The notes beneath the pieces are model-generated. The model was given only the letters and a program-made list of their open reading frames with translations. It made no database searches and was not told where the DNA came from. 32,000 nucleotides of DNA from Candidatus Hadarchaeota archaeon. Its GTDB lineage: Archaea; Hadarchaeota; Hadarchaeia; Hadarchaeales; Hadarchaeaceae. The position numbers and the translations under genes are program-made. How positions within the stretch are numbered: position 1 is the stretch's first letter; every line of letters begins with the position of its first letter. Of this stretch, positions 1 to 8,964 are shown in pieces. The stretch lies in NCBI GenBank assembly GCA_964514965.1, contig CAZETV010000002.1, positions 156,445-188,444 of the forward strand, in the 5' to 3' direction.

Positions 1-196
1 CCGAGGCGACGATGTGATCCCCTATCCCCGCCTTGCCCATGCGCCTACGTCGACCGCGATAACCGACGACGTTCACAATCTGCAACTCCTTGGCTCCCGT
101 GTTATCGGCACAGTCGAGACGTGCACCAATCGGTAACGCCCTTATAGGCGCCATCGCGGTCACACCAATCGAAGTGCCAACACCTTTCTTCCCCAT
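1..196 (-). CDS. rpl14: 50S ribosomal protein uL14, N-terminal part (truncated by the window edge)
   Basis: My own minus-strand translation from the ATG at 196-194 gives [65 protein letters not shown]. It carries the uL14 hallmark DNTGAKE and sits directly after S17, as in archaeal spc clusters. Confidence 0.9.
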   Translation of the reverse strand, partial: MGKKGVGTSIGVTAMAPIRALPIGARLDCADNTGAKELQIVNVVGYRGRRRRMGKAGIGDHIVAS

Positions 197-197
197 A

Positions 198-515
198 CTA
201 CGCCCCCAGTTTCTGCACGACGACGAATGCTTTTGTCTTGCTTAGTCGCCGACACTCCATAATTTTCACTTTATCACCAACGCGAGCGGAAATACATGGT
301 GGGTTGTGAGCATGAAGCTTGGAGGTACGACGTTCATATCGCTCGTATTTTGGGATTACCTGCATTCGCTCCATCTCAATCGTAACAGTACGTGACATCT
401 TATCGCTCACCACGACGCCCTCGAAAGTTCTACCTCGCGCCGAAAGCGTACCGTGGAAGGGACACTTCGGATCGGAACATCGCTCCTTTGGTGATTTTAT
501 TCCCATGCCTACCAT
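198..515 (-). CDS. rps17: 30S ribosomal protein uS17
   Basis: 105-aa ORF with a typical archaeal S17 sequence (CPFHG...VVSDKM.KT..I). Its position between Rpp29 and L14 is the expected one. Confidence 0.95.
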   Translation of the reverse strand: MVGMGIKSPKERCSDPKCPFHGTLSARGRTFEGVVVSDKMSRTVTIEMERMQVIPKYERYERRTSKLHAHNPPCISARVGDKVKIMECRRLSKTKAFVVVQKLGA

Positions 516-519
516 AGTT

Positions 520-801
520 TTACCTCCTTAGCTTCACTCGCCCCTCAGGCCGCCCGACGAGCTTCTCTCCGTCGACTTCAACTTTCTCGCCGTTAGGGCT
601 GGTGAACATGAATCTAGAGCTTGCCTTGGGTAAGATCTTGGCCCTGCCATCCTGCTCGATTATCAGTATGTTTCGAGTCTCGTCGATGATTACGCCATAA
701 GTGTCGAGTAGCGTAGGATCCGAACTATTCGTGACCCTAGCCTCGAACCCAATGAGCTCATGCCGCAGCACGTTTCGCTTAGTTATCGGCATACTCTTCA
801 C
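520..801 (-). CDS. rnp1: RNase P protein component 1 (Rpp29/Pop4 family)
   Basis: 93-aa ORF with the Rpp29-like motifs ELIG..A.V..S.DP...G..G.VIDETRN.L. It occupies the conserved archaeal slot between L29/SUI1 and S17. Confidence 0.85.
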   Translation of the reverse strand: MKSMPITKRNVLRHELIGFEARVTNSSDPTLLDTYGVIIDETRNILIIEQDGRAKILPKASSRFMFTSPNGEKVEVDGEKLVGRPEGRVKLRR

Positions 802-1101
802 CTATCTCGTATCAATCATCTCAGGGGAGAAACCCATCCCCACGAGTACCTCCTTTGCTCGGGCTTTGTGATTGCCCTGAAGTTCGATATGACCTTCTTT
901 CGAAGTTCCGCCGCACGCGAGCTTCGATTTCAAGCTTTTCGTCAGTTCCTTGATATCAAGTTGTTTTTCATCTATGCCCTCAATAATAGTCATAATTTTG
1001 CCGTATTTTCGCTTGATTGAATATACGTTAATCCGTTGTTGTTCGCGGGCGATCTCTTGACAAACACAAAGTTCTTTGGGCAAACCACAGACCTTACACA
1101 C
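802..1101 (-). CDS. sui1: Translation initiation factor SUI1/aIF1
   Basis: 99-aa ORF with an N-terminal C..C...C.C knuckle followed by a SUI1 fold sequence (KRKYGK.MT.I.G.D....D.KEL.K.LK.K.ACGGT). Confidence 0.9.
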   Translation of the reverse strand: MCKVCGLPKELCVCQEIAREQQRINVYSIKRKYGKIMTIIEGIDEKQLDIKELTKSLKSKLACGGTSKEGHIELQGNHKARAKEVLVGMGFSPEMIDTR

Positions 1102-1113
1102 CTCTGGCAGCTC

Positions 1114-1323
1114 TCATACACCTCCCCTTTGTTTTTCTTTCATGATGGTGAGTATTCGAGCTATCGTATGTCGAAGGTCGCGGATTCGCGCCGGGTTCTC
1201 GAGCGAGCCTCCTGCAGCTGCCGTGGCGCGTGTTCGAGCGAGTTCGGCCCGGAGTTCTCTGATCTTTGCCTTCATCTCCTCAAAGTTCAAATCTCGAATC
1301 TCACTGGACCTTAGTATCGCCAT
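1114..1323 (-). CDS. rpl29: 50S ribosomal protein uL29
   Basis: The ORF track gives 111 aa, but the L29-like sequence starts at the internal Met (MAILRSSEIRDL...ELRAEL). The ATG at 1323-1321 gives 69 aa. The upstream 42 codons are an alternate frame of the S3 tail. Confidence 0.85.
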   Translation of the reverse strand: MAILRSSEIRDLNFEEMKAKIRELRAELARTRATAAAGGSLENPARIRDLRHTIARILTIMKEKQRGGV

Positions 1324-2032
1324 TTCCCTCGTCCTCCTCTGGTTTAACCTCTTTTGCTTCTCCTTCAGCAGCCTTAGCTTTTTCCTGCCCCTCGCCCTTT
1401 TCCACTGCTGGAACAGCTTCAGCTGGCTTGGGAATTTCCTCAGATGCAATTTTAATCTCGTCGGGTAGTGGAACCTCAGGGGGCATTATCAGTACCTTTA
1501 TCCCTGCTATTCCCGGCTTCAGCTTCGCAGCCGCGTAACCATGGCTAACCAATTTTTTTGCTGGTTCCCCTGCCTTGCTGAGATAACCTTGATAGAAGCG
1601 TTGAGTACGGGTGCGTTCTCCAGCTATCCTACCTGAAATCGTGACTTCGGCACCTCTGGCACCAGCGTTCATCACCCTCCGCAGCGCAGTGTGCCCGACC
1701 CGCCTCGCGCTTATCCCACGCTCAAGGGCGAACGCGATTCGCTTTGCCATGATAGGGGCGCAGAGTTCAGGCTTCGTGAGCTCGACTACTTCTACCTGCG
1801 GATTCTCCAATCCAAATTTTTGAGCAAGCTCATCAGTGAGATGCTTTATGCTCTTTCCCTTACGTCCGATCACCATTCCGGGCCGCTCGACATAGAGTGC
1901 GACCCGCGTGCCAGTTGGGATCCGCTTGATGTCTGCCCCACCGTACCCCGCACGCTCAAGCTCTCGCTCTAAGAACTCCTCAAGCTCCATACGTTTCAAG
2001 CCGAGCTTAATGAATGTGCGCTCCACGGGCAC
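1301..2032 (-). CDS. rps3: 30S ribosomal protein uS3, with an acidic/lysine-rich C-terminal tail
   Basis: 243-aa ORF with a KH domain (GRKG..I..L) and the S3 C-terminal domain. It lies between L22 and L29. Confidence 0.95.
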   Translation of the reverse strand: MPVERTFIKLGLKRMELEEFLERELERAGYGGADIKRIPTGTRVALYVERPGMVIGRKGKSIKHLTDELAQKFGLENPQVEVVELTKPELCAPIMAKRIAFALERGISARRVGHTALRRVMNAGARGAEVTISGRIAGERTRTQRFYQGYLSKAGEPAKKLVSHGYAAAKLKPGIAGIKVLIMPPEVPLPDEIKIASEEIPKPAEAVPAVEKGEGQEKAKAAEGEAKEVKPEEDEGNGDTKVQ

Positions 2033-2484
2033 TAGGCTACCTCCTTGAGGATTATCTCCACATTAGTCAGCGGCTTGTTGAAAGAGGTGGCTCGAGCGAA
2101 AGCGCGGGGCAAAAATCCGGGGATTGTGATCCCCTTCTGAGCACTTGCGTGCACGACTTTGAGCTTCTCCGTATCGAGCCCTTTGTACGTCGCGTTGGCC
2201 TCAGCATTCTCCAAAATATTCAGAATCGCGCGTGCTGTTTTAACCGGGAACTGTCCGCTTCCCCCTGCCCCTCGCCTGTGCGCAATCTTCTTTCGATGAC
2301 GCTTGAACGGGACGGGCTTTTTCTTATCAACAACAGCTTGCAAATAATCCTTGGCCGTTGCTAATCTCATGCCTCTGATTGCCCTGCAGACTTCCATCGC
2401 GTGCTTTGGGGAGGCCCGCATTTCTTTGCCGAAAGCTTTCGCACATGGTTCATCCACTTTTTTAGAATAACCAAACTTAGGCAT
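2032..2484 (-). CDS. rpl22: 50S ribosomal protein uL22
   Basis: 150-aa ORF with archaeal L22 sequence, in the expected position. Confidence 0.95.
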   Translation of the reverse strand: MPKFGYSKKVDEPCAKAFGKEMRASPKHAMEVCRAIRGMRLATAKDYLQAVVDKKKPVPFKRHRKKIAHRRGAGGSGQFPVKTARAILNILENAEANATYKGLDTEKLKVVHASAQKGITIPGFLPRAFARATSFNKPLTNVEIILKEVA

Positions 2485-2488
2485 TATA

Positions 2489-2887
2489 TCACTTCAACGG
2501 AACATACAACGAACTGCGGGTTGCCCCGATACCAGGCATTCCATGGGTGACCTTCCGGCGCGTTTGGGAGAACTCGCCCAGGCGGTGACCGACCATTTCC
2601 GGCGTCACCTCGACCATGATAAACTCCTTTCCATTGTGAATGGCGAACTTCAGGCCTACCATCTCGGGCAGTATCACCATCTCTCGACAATGGGTTCGGA
2701 TGGGAACATCTATTTTTCCGGTCTCCTGCACCTTTCGAATGCGCTCCATCAACTTCTTCTCTCGAGGCGTGAGGCCGCGAACAAGCGAGCGTCGCTGACG
2801 TGCTGGCAGAAGCTTTGCGAAATCATCAAGCGTAAGCTTCTGAAGGTCCTCAATCGAATATCCTCTAAACATAAACTTCTTCGGCAT
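2489..2887 (-). CDS. rps19: 30S ribosomal protein uS19
   Basis: 132-aa ORF containing GH.LGEF..TR, the typical S19 C-terminal motif. Confidence 0.95.
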   Translation of the reverse strand: MPKKFMFRGYSIEDLQKLTLDDFAKLLPARQRRSLVRGLTPREKKLMERIRKVQETGKIDVPIRTHCREMVILPEMVGLKFAIHNGKEFIMVEVTPEMVGHRLGEFSQTRRKVTHGMPGIGATRSSLYVPLK

Positions 2888-2891
2888 GTTT

Positions 2892-3599
2892 TTACCTCTT
2901 ACCAGTTCTCTTTGCTGCTATTAACCCCACCTTTTGCCCAGGCGGCGTACCCCTTCCAACGGTTTTCGGCCTTCCTGCATGCTTGCCTCTGCCTCCTCCG
3001 AAGGGATGGTCGACTACATTCATCGCGACGCCACGAACATGAGGGTATGGCTTACCCCGCGCGAGCATGGCGTAATGGCGCTTTCCGGCCTTGACGAACG
3101 GTTTTTCTTGACGCCCACTGCCAGCTACGACCCCCACGGTAGCTCGACAACGTGAGTTGAAATCCCTAATTTCCCCCGAAGGGAGCTGGATTGTCGCACG
3201 GCCGATGTCGTGGGCAATCAAGATAGCATGAGTGCCTGAGGCGCGAACAAAGCGTCCCCCATCCTTTGGTCTTGCTTCGATGTTGTGAAGCGGGGTGCCC
3301 TCCGGAATCTCAGCAAGTGAGAGCGTGTTGCCCACTTTGATAGGGACCGAGACACCACACATTATTTTATCCCCCACCTTTAACCCCTCAGGTGCGAGCA
3401 CTAAACGTTCTTCCTTATCGCCGTACCTTATCCTAGCCACCGGGGCACTCCTGCCAGGATCATGCAAGATGTCAATCACGACTGCTTCAGCCTCTTTTTC
3501 AGCTGCAGGGGACTTAACCTCACCAAGCTTTCGCCAAGACTTTGCACGATGGGTAGGCGACCCTTTGCCGAGTCTTTGAGCTCTTGTCCGCTTTCCCAT
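2892..3599 (-). CDS. rpl2: 50S ribosomal protein uL2
   Basis: 235-aa ORF containing the L2 hallmark VAMN.VDHP.GGG.G. Confidence 0.97.
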   Translation of the reverse strand: MGKRTRAQRLGKGSPTHRAKSWRKLGEVKSPAAEKEAEAVVIDILHDPGRSAPVARIRYGDKEERLVLAPEGLKVGDKIMCGVSVPIKVGNTLSLAEIPEGTPLHNIEARPKDGGRFVRASGTHAILIAHDIGRATIQLPSGEIRDFNSRCRATVGVVAGSGRQEKPFVKAGKRHYAMLARGKPYPHVRGVAMNVVDHPFGGGRGKHAGRPKTVGRGTPPGQKVGLIAAKRTGKR

Positions 3600-3862
3600 C
3601 AGATCATCCCCAGTTTCGATGCTATCTCGTCAGCCATAAATTCAGGCGCGAGCCTCACATAAGCGCGTTTTCGTCCGTCTGGAATTATTTCTATTTTCAC
3701 GTTGTCTACTTTCACTTCAAAAAGCAGCTCAATCGCGCGCTTCACGTCCAATCGGGTCGCATCGTTCGCCACGATAAACACGAGCTTATTTTCGGATTCG
3801 ATTAACTTCACGACCTTCTCTGTGGCCTGGGGGTAAAGCACGACTTTATGCGGGTCCTTCAT
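3599..3862 (-). CDS. rpl23: 50S ribosomal protein uL23
   Basis: The L23-like sequence begins at MKDPHKVV. The ATG at 3862-3860 overlaps the L4 stop codon as ATGA, so the longer 102-aa track ORF is probably an over-extension. Confidence 0.9.
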   Translation of the reverse strand: MKDPHKVVLYPQATEKVVKLIESENKLVFIVANDATRLDVKRAIELLFEVKVDNVKIEIIPDGRKRAYVRLAPEFMADEIASKLGMI

Positions 3863-4647
3863 GCGAACAATCCTCCGGCGAGCTTTTGGATAGCTCCTTT
3901 TGTCCATACTGTAAGCCTTCCTGCAATTCCTCCAGGAGCGAGCTGTTCCGCGTTAAGAGTTCCAACTTTCACGACTTCGACACCGGGCAAGTTCCTCGCA
4001 CCTAGTTTGATACCCTTGTCTTCCCCAACCACGATAAGTGGACCGACAGCCTGCCGATATCGCCTGCCGCGCATCTTGCCGCGCCCAGCTCGAACTCGCT
4101 TACTTCTAGCAACGCGTTCCACATCCTGCCACAATCCGAGCTTTAGGAGAATCTCCTTCGTTTGGCTGGCTTTCCCGATTCCCTCAAGCTCGTTAGTTAC
4201 TACAAGCGGGAGCTCAGAAACTTTTTCAAAAACGTGACCTCTAGAGCTGACCAATTTTTTATCTTTGGTAGCGGCGACCGTAGAGCGAATGGCAAGCCGG
4301 CGCTCTTTTCGGTTGATACGCTCTCGAAGAACCTTTTCGACTCTCGGTGGATGGGCCCGTCTACCTCCGACTGTGAAAGGAGCAAAAGCTCCATGCCCAG
4401 CAGCGGGGTAACGAGTTCCCTTCACGCGGCGAACTCTAGCAACGCCATGCCCCTTCCCCCATGTCTCGGCGGAAGTGCGCTTGCCCGCCATCCAGTCTGG
4501 TCCCCAAGATTGAAGCCGGGCAGTCTGGGCAGCCATCACCGCGCGCCTAATGATATCAGGTCTAAACTGCTCATCAAAGATTGCTGGAATCTCAATCTCC
4601 TCCACGGGTTTACCCTCAAGAGAATATACGTGAACTTTCATCTTCAT
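3859..4647 (-). CDS. rpl4: 50S ribosomal protein uL4
   Basis: 262-aa ORF with L4 family sequence. Its start codon overlaps the L3 stop as ATGA. Confidence 0.95.
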   Translation of the reverse strand: MKMKVHVYSLEGKPVEEIEIPAIFDEQFRPDIIRRAVMAAQTARLQSWGPDWMAGKRTSAETWGKGHGVARVRRVKGTRYPAAGHGAFAPFTVGGRRAHPPRVEKVLRERINRKERRLAIRSTVAATKDKKLVSSRGHVFEKVSELPLVVTNELEGIGKASQTKEILLKLGLWQDVERVARSKRVRAGRGKMRGRRYRQAVGPLIVVGEDKGIKLGARNLPGVEVVKVGTLNAEQLAPGGIAGRLTVWTKGAIQKLAGGLFA

Positions 4648-5654
4648 GCACCCTGCTGGGAAGCTGTGCTTATGTAAGTAATAGAGGGAGGCGAAGTAGT
4701 AATTCTGGCAGGCAGGCGCATGGTTTGTCGGAGATGCACAAGCCTTTTCGTGGGGCCTGGTACCGAACCCGAGAGTACTATAAAATCTCCCTTGATTTGG
4801 CCATACCTAAGGAAACCCCCGCTCGGCGTCACCTCCTTTCCATCACCCCCAAGCTTCAAAATGCGCTTGTTGAAATCCGTGCGCTGGTGGTAGCCCATCT
4901 GTCCTGCGGCGGGGACGGTCCACATTACCCGCGCAGGCGACCAAGGCCCAAGCGTTCCAACTTGACGGTGCCCCTCCTTGGTCTTACGAGGCAAAATTTT
5001 GATTCCCCAACGCTTGACGGGCCCTTGAAATCCTTTGCCCTTGGTAATCGCGAGCACATCGATATATTCGCCCTCTTTAAAAACATCTGCAACGCGAACC
5101 TGCTTTCCCAGCAACCCCTTACAGTAATTCCACCTTTCTTCTATCGTGCTGCCCCCGACGCGGATTTCGATCAAGTCTGGCTTTTTCTTGTGCACGTTGC
5201 TGGCACGGGGCTGGGTACACGCGAGTATACGAACATCGACAACTTTTCCTTCTTTAATAAGAGCTTCTGCGCGTTCGACCGATTTCTGCTGGTCGTACTT
5301 TTTGGGCAAGTTTATTTTTTTAGCAAGGTCCTTCGGTAGCTCGCTCACCCAGATATCCGTTGCAGCGTTGAGCCCCCGAGTTGTCGAGCTGTACAGACGA
5401 GCAGAACAGATGACAAGAGGGGGGGTCTCGACGACCGTAGCAGAAATATTTATCTCTTGACCCGAGGTCAGGCTACTCTTGCGATCGTCTATCATAAAGA
5501 CTTGAGTCATCCCTGCCTTGTAGCCGACAAACTCTTGGAGGCGTAAGGTAGCTTCCGCTGGCCAAGCCCGCACATGGGCGACTGGGCGTGGGGCTCGCAC
5601 TCTTGGCATATAGGCGAGTGAGCCCCGTCTTGGACGGTGTTTTCGCCCCCCCAT
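4644..5654 (-). CDS. rpl3: 50S ribosomal protein uL3
   Basis: 336-aa ORF with archaeal L3 motifs (GYKAGMT, KGKGFQG..KRWG). Confidence 0.97.
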   Translation of the reverse strand: MGGRKHRPRRGSLAYMPRVRAPRPVAHVRAWPAEATLRLQEFVGYKAGMTQVFMIDDRKSSLTSGQEINISATVVETPPLVICSARLYSSTTRGLNAATDIWVSELPKDLAKKINLPKKYDQQKSVERAEALIKEGKVVDVRILACTQPRASNVHKKKPDLIEIRVGGSTIEERWNYCKGLLGKQVRVADVFKEGEYIDVLAITKGKGFQGPVKRWGIKILPRKTKEGHRQVGTLGPWSPARVMWTVPAAGQMGYHQRTDFNKRILKLGGDGKEVTPSGGFLRYGQIKGDFIVLSGSVPGPTKRLVHLRQTMRLPARITTSPPSITYISTASQQGA

Positions 5655-5655
5655 T

Positions 5656-6513
5656 TTATCCCTCGTTGAGCGTGTTCAGCAGCGCGAGCGTTGCTACAAG
5701 CGCTTCCTCAGTTCGAACGGTGGCGGCCCCTTGGCTCAGGATCGTATTGATTACGACGCCAAAGAGTTTTCCAGCATCGACGCCTTGGCGTTTGCAGATT
5801 TCGAAGAGGCCCGCATAAGAGCCCCCGAAAGCCACCGTCACGCTATGAGGTTTGCTACTCTCTATCGCTTGCATTACCCCATATAAATTTTGCCCGTGTC
5901 GTGAAGTCCCTATAACATAATCTGCTTTCAGGACTTTTAAAGCATCTGCGAGGGTTTTCGCCTGCATAACTTCATAGCCCCAATATTCGCTGACTTCGCT
6001 CCGTGATACCCGCTCGATTGCGCGTTTGCCCTCACCTAAACTTTCGCCGAGTCTAACCGTTACCCGTTGACCAACACTGAGTTTTTCACTTGTAAGACCA
6101 CGCTCACGTATCCCAAGTTCAAGTAGGCTCCCATTTTTATCCACATCTATAACAACGGCTTCACGATAATTGCCGACGGCAGTTTTTTCACCTACAAGCG
6201 GGTGGGAGGGTATACGCAGCGGCGGTAGCAAACCAGCGTAGCGAAGCTCTCGTGAATGTGGAAATATGAGTTTGCGCAGATATTGTGGCGTTTCCATATA
6301 CTGCAAAAGTGTTGAAATAATTCTAGCCTCAAAGGCTTGATTTTTAACATGGGGATCATCATCATTATAGATGCAAACCTTATCAACGCGGAAAATCGCC
6401 AGCGCACGCCCGATTAAACCAATCTTGAATGTTTTCTGCCGAAGGTCAGGTGCATCAGCAAAAAGCGAAGAAGGCAGCAGCACGAAAAAAGATTTGGATT
6501 TTCTTGACATCAT
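5656..6513 (-). CDS. Putative SPOUT-class RNA methyltransferase (DUF171 / COG2106-like)
   Basis: 285-286 aa. The family assignment is from my memory of the conserved archaeal protein found immediately upstream of rpl3 (motifs include YWGY.V and a C-terminal knot-like region). The start is the GTG at 6516 or the ATG at 6513, abutting the RtcB stop codon. Confidence 0.7.
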   Translation of the reverse strand: MMSRKSKSFFVLLPSSLFADAPDLRQKTFKIGLIGRALAIFRVDKVCIYNDDDPHVKNQAFEARIISTLLQYMETPQYLRKLIFPHSRELRYAGLLPPLRIPSHPLVGEKTAVGNYREAVVIDVDKNGSLLELGIRERGLTSEKLSVGQRVTVRLGESLGEGKRAIERVSRSEVSEYWGYEVMQAKTLADALKVLKADYVIGTSRHGQNLYGVMQAIESSKPHSVTVAFGGSYAGLFEICKRQGVDAGKLFGVVINTILSQGAATVRTEEALVATLALLNTLNEG

Positions 6514-6515
6514 CA

Positions 6516-7970
6516 CTAACCCTTTGCAACTCCCACAGGTTTCAAGCGTGCAACCATTCGAGCGATTCCCGCCTTATGGGACACCTCACAGACCTTATGG
6601 ATATCTTTATAACTCTTTGGCGCCTCCTCCGCAATTATCGAAATCTTAGCCGCTCGCACTATGATCCCCTTCGACTCGAGCTCTTTCTTCACATCTTCAC
6701 CCCAAAACTGCTTGAGTGCTGCTGTGCGGCTCATGTGGCGCCCTGCGCCGTGGGCGGTTGATGCAAACGTTTCCTGCATCGCCCGCTCGGTGCCCACGAG
6801 CACATAGGATGCAGTCCCCATGTCCCCCGGAATAAGCACTGGTTGCCCAACGCTACGATACAGTTCGGGCACACTGGGATGCCCGGGCGGAAACGCTCTT
6901 GTAGCACCTTTTCGATGTACACAAACTTTCTTGCGTCCCCCGTCAATCTGGTGTTCCTCAAATTTAGCGATGTTATGCGCGAGTCCATAAACGAGATGGA
7001 GACCCAATTTTTCTGCGTCCTGTCCAAAGACTTGCTCGAACGAGTCCCTCACCCAATGCGTGATCATTTGTCTATTTGTGAAACCATAATTTGCAGCGCA
7101 AGCCATCGCTGCAAGATATGACTGCCCCTCAGGCGAATTTATCGGTACATTGACGAGCTCTCTATCCGGGAGAGTTATGCCATATTTTCTAACGGTGCGT
7201 TCCATAGTTCTTAAATAGTCCGAGCAGACCTGATGACCCAGACCTCTCGACCCGGTGTGAATCGTGACCGTTACTTGCCCTTCATGGGTTATCCCAAAAG
7301 AGGAAGCAACTTCTTGGTCAAAAATTTTATCAACCACTTGAACCTCCAAGAAATGATTTCCACTTCCAAGGCTGCCAAGCTGGGGGAGACCGCGCTCTTT
7401 TGCACGCTGACTTACTCTACTCGCATCAGCACCAGCAAGACATCCTCCCTCTTCAAGCCTTTCCATGTCCTCTTTCCAGCCAAACCCATTCTCGACAGCC
7501 CACTTTACTCCGTTCTCAAGAACTTCATCAAGCTGGGAATAGGTAAGCTTGACCTTCCCCCTGCTGCCCAGCCCTGATGGCACGTTCCGGAAGAACGCAT
7601 CTACGAGTTCGCGGAGTTTCGGCTCGATGTCTTTTTTGTCAAAATTAGTCAGCAACAACCGCACTCCACAGTTGATGTCATATCCCACACCGCCTGGGCT
7701 AACGACGCCCGTCTCAGCGTCGGTAGCCGCAACCCCACCTATCGGAAATCCGTATCCTTGATGACCATCTGGGAGCGTTATCGAGTATTTGTAAATGCCC
7801 TGCAGAAAAGATACATTCGTGGCTTGCTCCAACGTTAGATCCCTGCACATCTCATTTAACAGCTCGGAGTCAGCGTATATCCTAACTGGAACTCGCATCC
7901 CGGACTTGCAGTCCTTAGGAATCTCCCACCGCACATCGTCGATTTTTTTAATCTTATCCATCCACACCAT
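6516..7970 (-). CDS. rtcB: RNA-splicing ligase RtcB (3'-phosphate/5'-OH ligase)
   Basis: 484-aa ORF with RtcB signatures: GYDINCGVR, GSGNHF.E, HTGSRG.G and a C-terminal HGAGR. Confidence 0.97.
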   Translation of the reverse strand: MVWMDKIKKIDDVRWEIPKDCKSGMRVPVRIYADSELLNEMCRDLTLEQATNVSFLQGIYKYSITLPDGHQGYGFPIGGVAATDAETGVVSPGGVGYDINCGVRLLLTNFDKKDIEPKLRELVDAFFRNVPSGLGSRGKVKLTYSQLDEVLENGVKWAVENGFGWKEDMERLEEGGCLAGADASRVSQRAKERGLPQLGSLGSGNHFLEVQVVDKIFDQEVASSFGITHEGQVTVTIHTGSRGLGHQVCSDYLRTMERTVRKYGITLPDRELVNVPINSPEGQSYLAAMACAANYGFTNRQMITHWVRDSFEQVFGQDAEKLGLHLVYGLAHNIAKFEEHQIDGGRKKVCVHRKGATRAFPPGHPSVPELYRSVGQPVLIPGDMGTASYVLVGTERAMQETFASTAHGAGRHMSRTAALKQFWGEDVKKELESKGIIVRAAKISIIAEEAPKSYKDIHKVCEVSHKAGIARMVARLKPVGVAKG

Positions 7971-8039
7971 TCTTTCACCTTTAAACTAAACGGTGTTTAC
8001 AGCGTTAATTACCCTTTTGTTTGAAAAACATGCAATTTT

Positions 8040-8465
8040 TCAAATATCGACGACCACCTGCACCGAGCAACATTCAGGTTCGCACTTAATTTCCATCATG
8101 TGGTAGGTCATTGCCTTGACTGCAGTTCTCCCGAGGTGTTTAGTCGGGAAAAATGGTTCTCCCCAAGCTCTAGCAATGAGATTGAAGCCACTATTGGTGC
8201 CAGAAATCGCTACCTTGAACTTTGACATCACCAAATTTCGGGTGTCATGAAAGTAGAGCAATTTATCTAACCAATCGTAAAGCAACGCCCCCTCGTCCTC
8301 AGCCTCAAGCTCGATTTCAACCTCCTCGCGCGGTTCAACCTTGCTCGTGTCGACCATCACCTCGAAGAGAGCAAGCGCTGCGTTCTCGAAGGCCTCAGCT
8401 AAGTCACGACCATAAGCGCGAAAGCCGATATCCGACGGGTGCTCAACCCACTCGAAGCGTTTCAT
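8040..8465 (-). CDS. Archease (RtcB activator)
   Basis: Archease-like sequence starts at MKRFEWVEHPSDIGFRAYG and continues to VKAMTYH. I trimmed the ORF-track start (8519) to the ATG at 8465 because the extension runs into the tRNA-Ser gene. Confidence 0.9.
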   Translation of the reverse strand: MKRFEWVEHPSDIGFRAYGRDLAEAFENAALALFEVMVDTSKVEPREEVEIELEAEDEGALLYDWLDKLLYFHDTRNLVMSKFKVAISGTNSGFNLIARAWGEPFFPTKHLGRTAVKAMTYHMMEIKCEPECCSVQVVVDI

Positions 8466-8477
8466 ATCATCACTTAG

Positions 8478-8562
8478 CGCCGGGGAAGGGATTTGAACCC
8501 TTGAGGCCCAAAGGGCCACACGCTCTCAAGGCGTGCGCCTTACCTGACTTGGCTACCCCGGC
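8478..8562 (-). tRNA. tRNA-Ser (anticodon UGA)
   Basis: Hand-folded 85-nt cloverleaf. Acceptor GCCGGGG/CCCCGGC, anticodon arm CACGC-CUUGAGA-GCGUG, long variable arm GGCCC-UUU-GGGCC, T arm AAGGG-UUCAAAU-CCCUU, discriminator G. No CCA is encoded. Confidence 0.9.
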
Positions 8563-8585
8563 ACCAAAATGAAAGTATGTCTTTC

Positions 8586-8597
8586 ACTAATTAACTA
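8586..8597 (-). promoter_or_regulatory. Candidate TATA-like box upstream of tRNA-Ser
   Basis: The minus strand reads TAGTTAATTAGT, centred about 29 nt upstream of the tRNA-Ser 5' end, in the 43-nt gap after the S10 stop. Judged by eye only. Confidence 0.3.
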
Positions 8598-8605
8598 TTT
8601 GAAAA

Positions 8606-8914
8606 TTAGGTCTTGAGCTCGATCTCGATCGCGACCTCTTCAGGCACTTGGATGCGCATGATTTGCCTCATCACTCGCTCGTCTGCCTGCATGTCGATTA
8701 AGCGCTTGTGCACGCGCAGCTCCCATCGATCCCATGTCGCCGTTCCTTCACCATCGGGCGATTTTCTCGTGGGCACCACTATCCTGCGCGTGGGTAGGGG
8801 AATTGGTCCCGAGAGCTTGATGCCGACTCGCTCCGCTATGCCGGAGATCTGCTTGCAGACCTCATCAAGCTTCTTTGGTTCTGTGCTTGAGAGCCTTATA
8901 CGTGCCTTTTGCAA
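8606..8914 (-). CDS. rps10: 30S ribosomal protein uS10
   Basis: 102-aa ORF ([11 protein letters not shown]...) with a canonical S10 N-terminus. The start codon reads TTG at 8914-8912. Confidence 0.95.
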   Translation of the reverse strand: MQKARIRLSSTEPKKLDEVCKQISGIAERVGIKLSGPIPLPTRRIVVPTRKSPDGEGTATWDRWELRVHKRLIDMQADERVMRQIMRIQVPEEVAIEIELKT

Positions 8915-8964
8915 TGATATCCCCCACCCTACCTAAAGGAGAGTGGATAATAAAAGAGTTGGGA

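Noticed and set aside
1324-1449. 42-codon upstream extension of the L29 ORF
   Set aside because: It lies in an alternate frame of the S3 C-terminal tail. The L29 homology begins at the internal Met.
2484-2690. 68-aa minus-strand ORF overlapping S19
   Set aside because: It is an alternate frame inside the S19 coding sequence, with Arg/Gly/Pro-rich shadow translation.
8466-8519. N-terminal 18-codon extension of the archease ORF (MALWASRVQIPSPALSDD)
   Set aside because: It is a translation of the tRNA-Ser acceptor and T-arm. The true archease start is the ATG at 8465.
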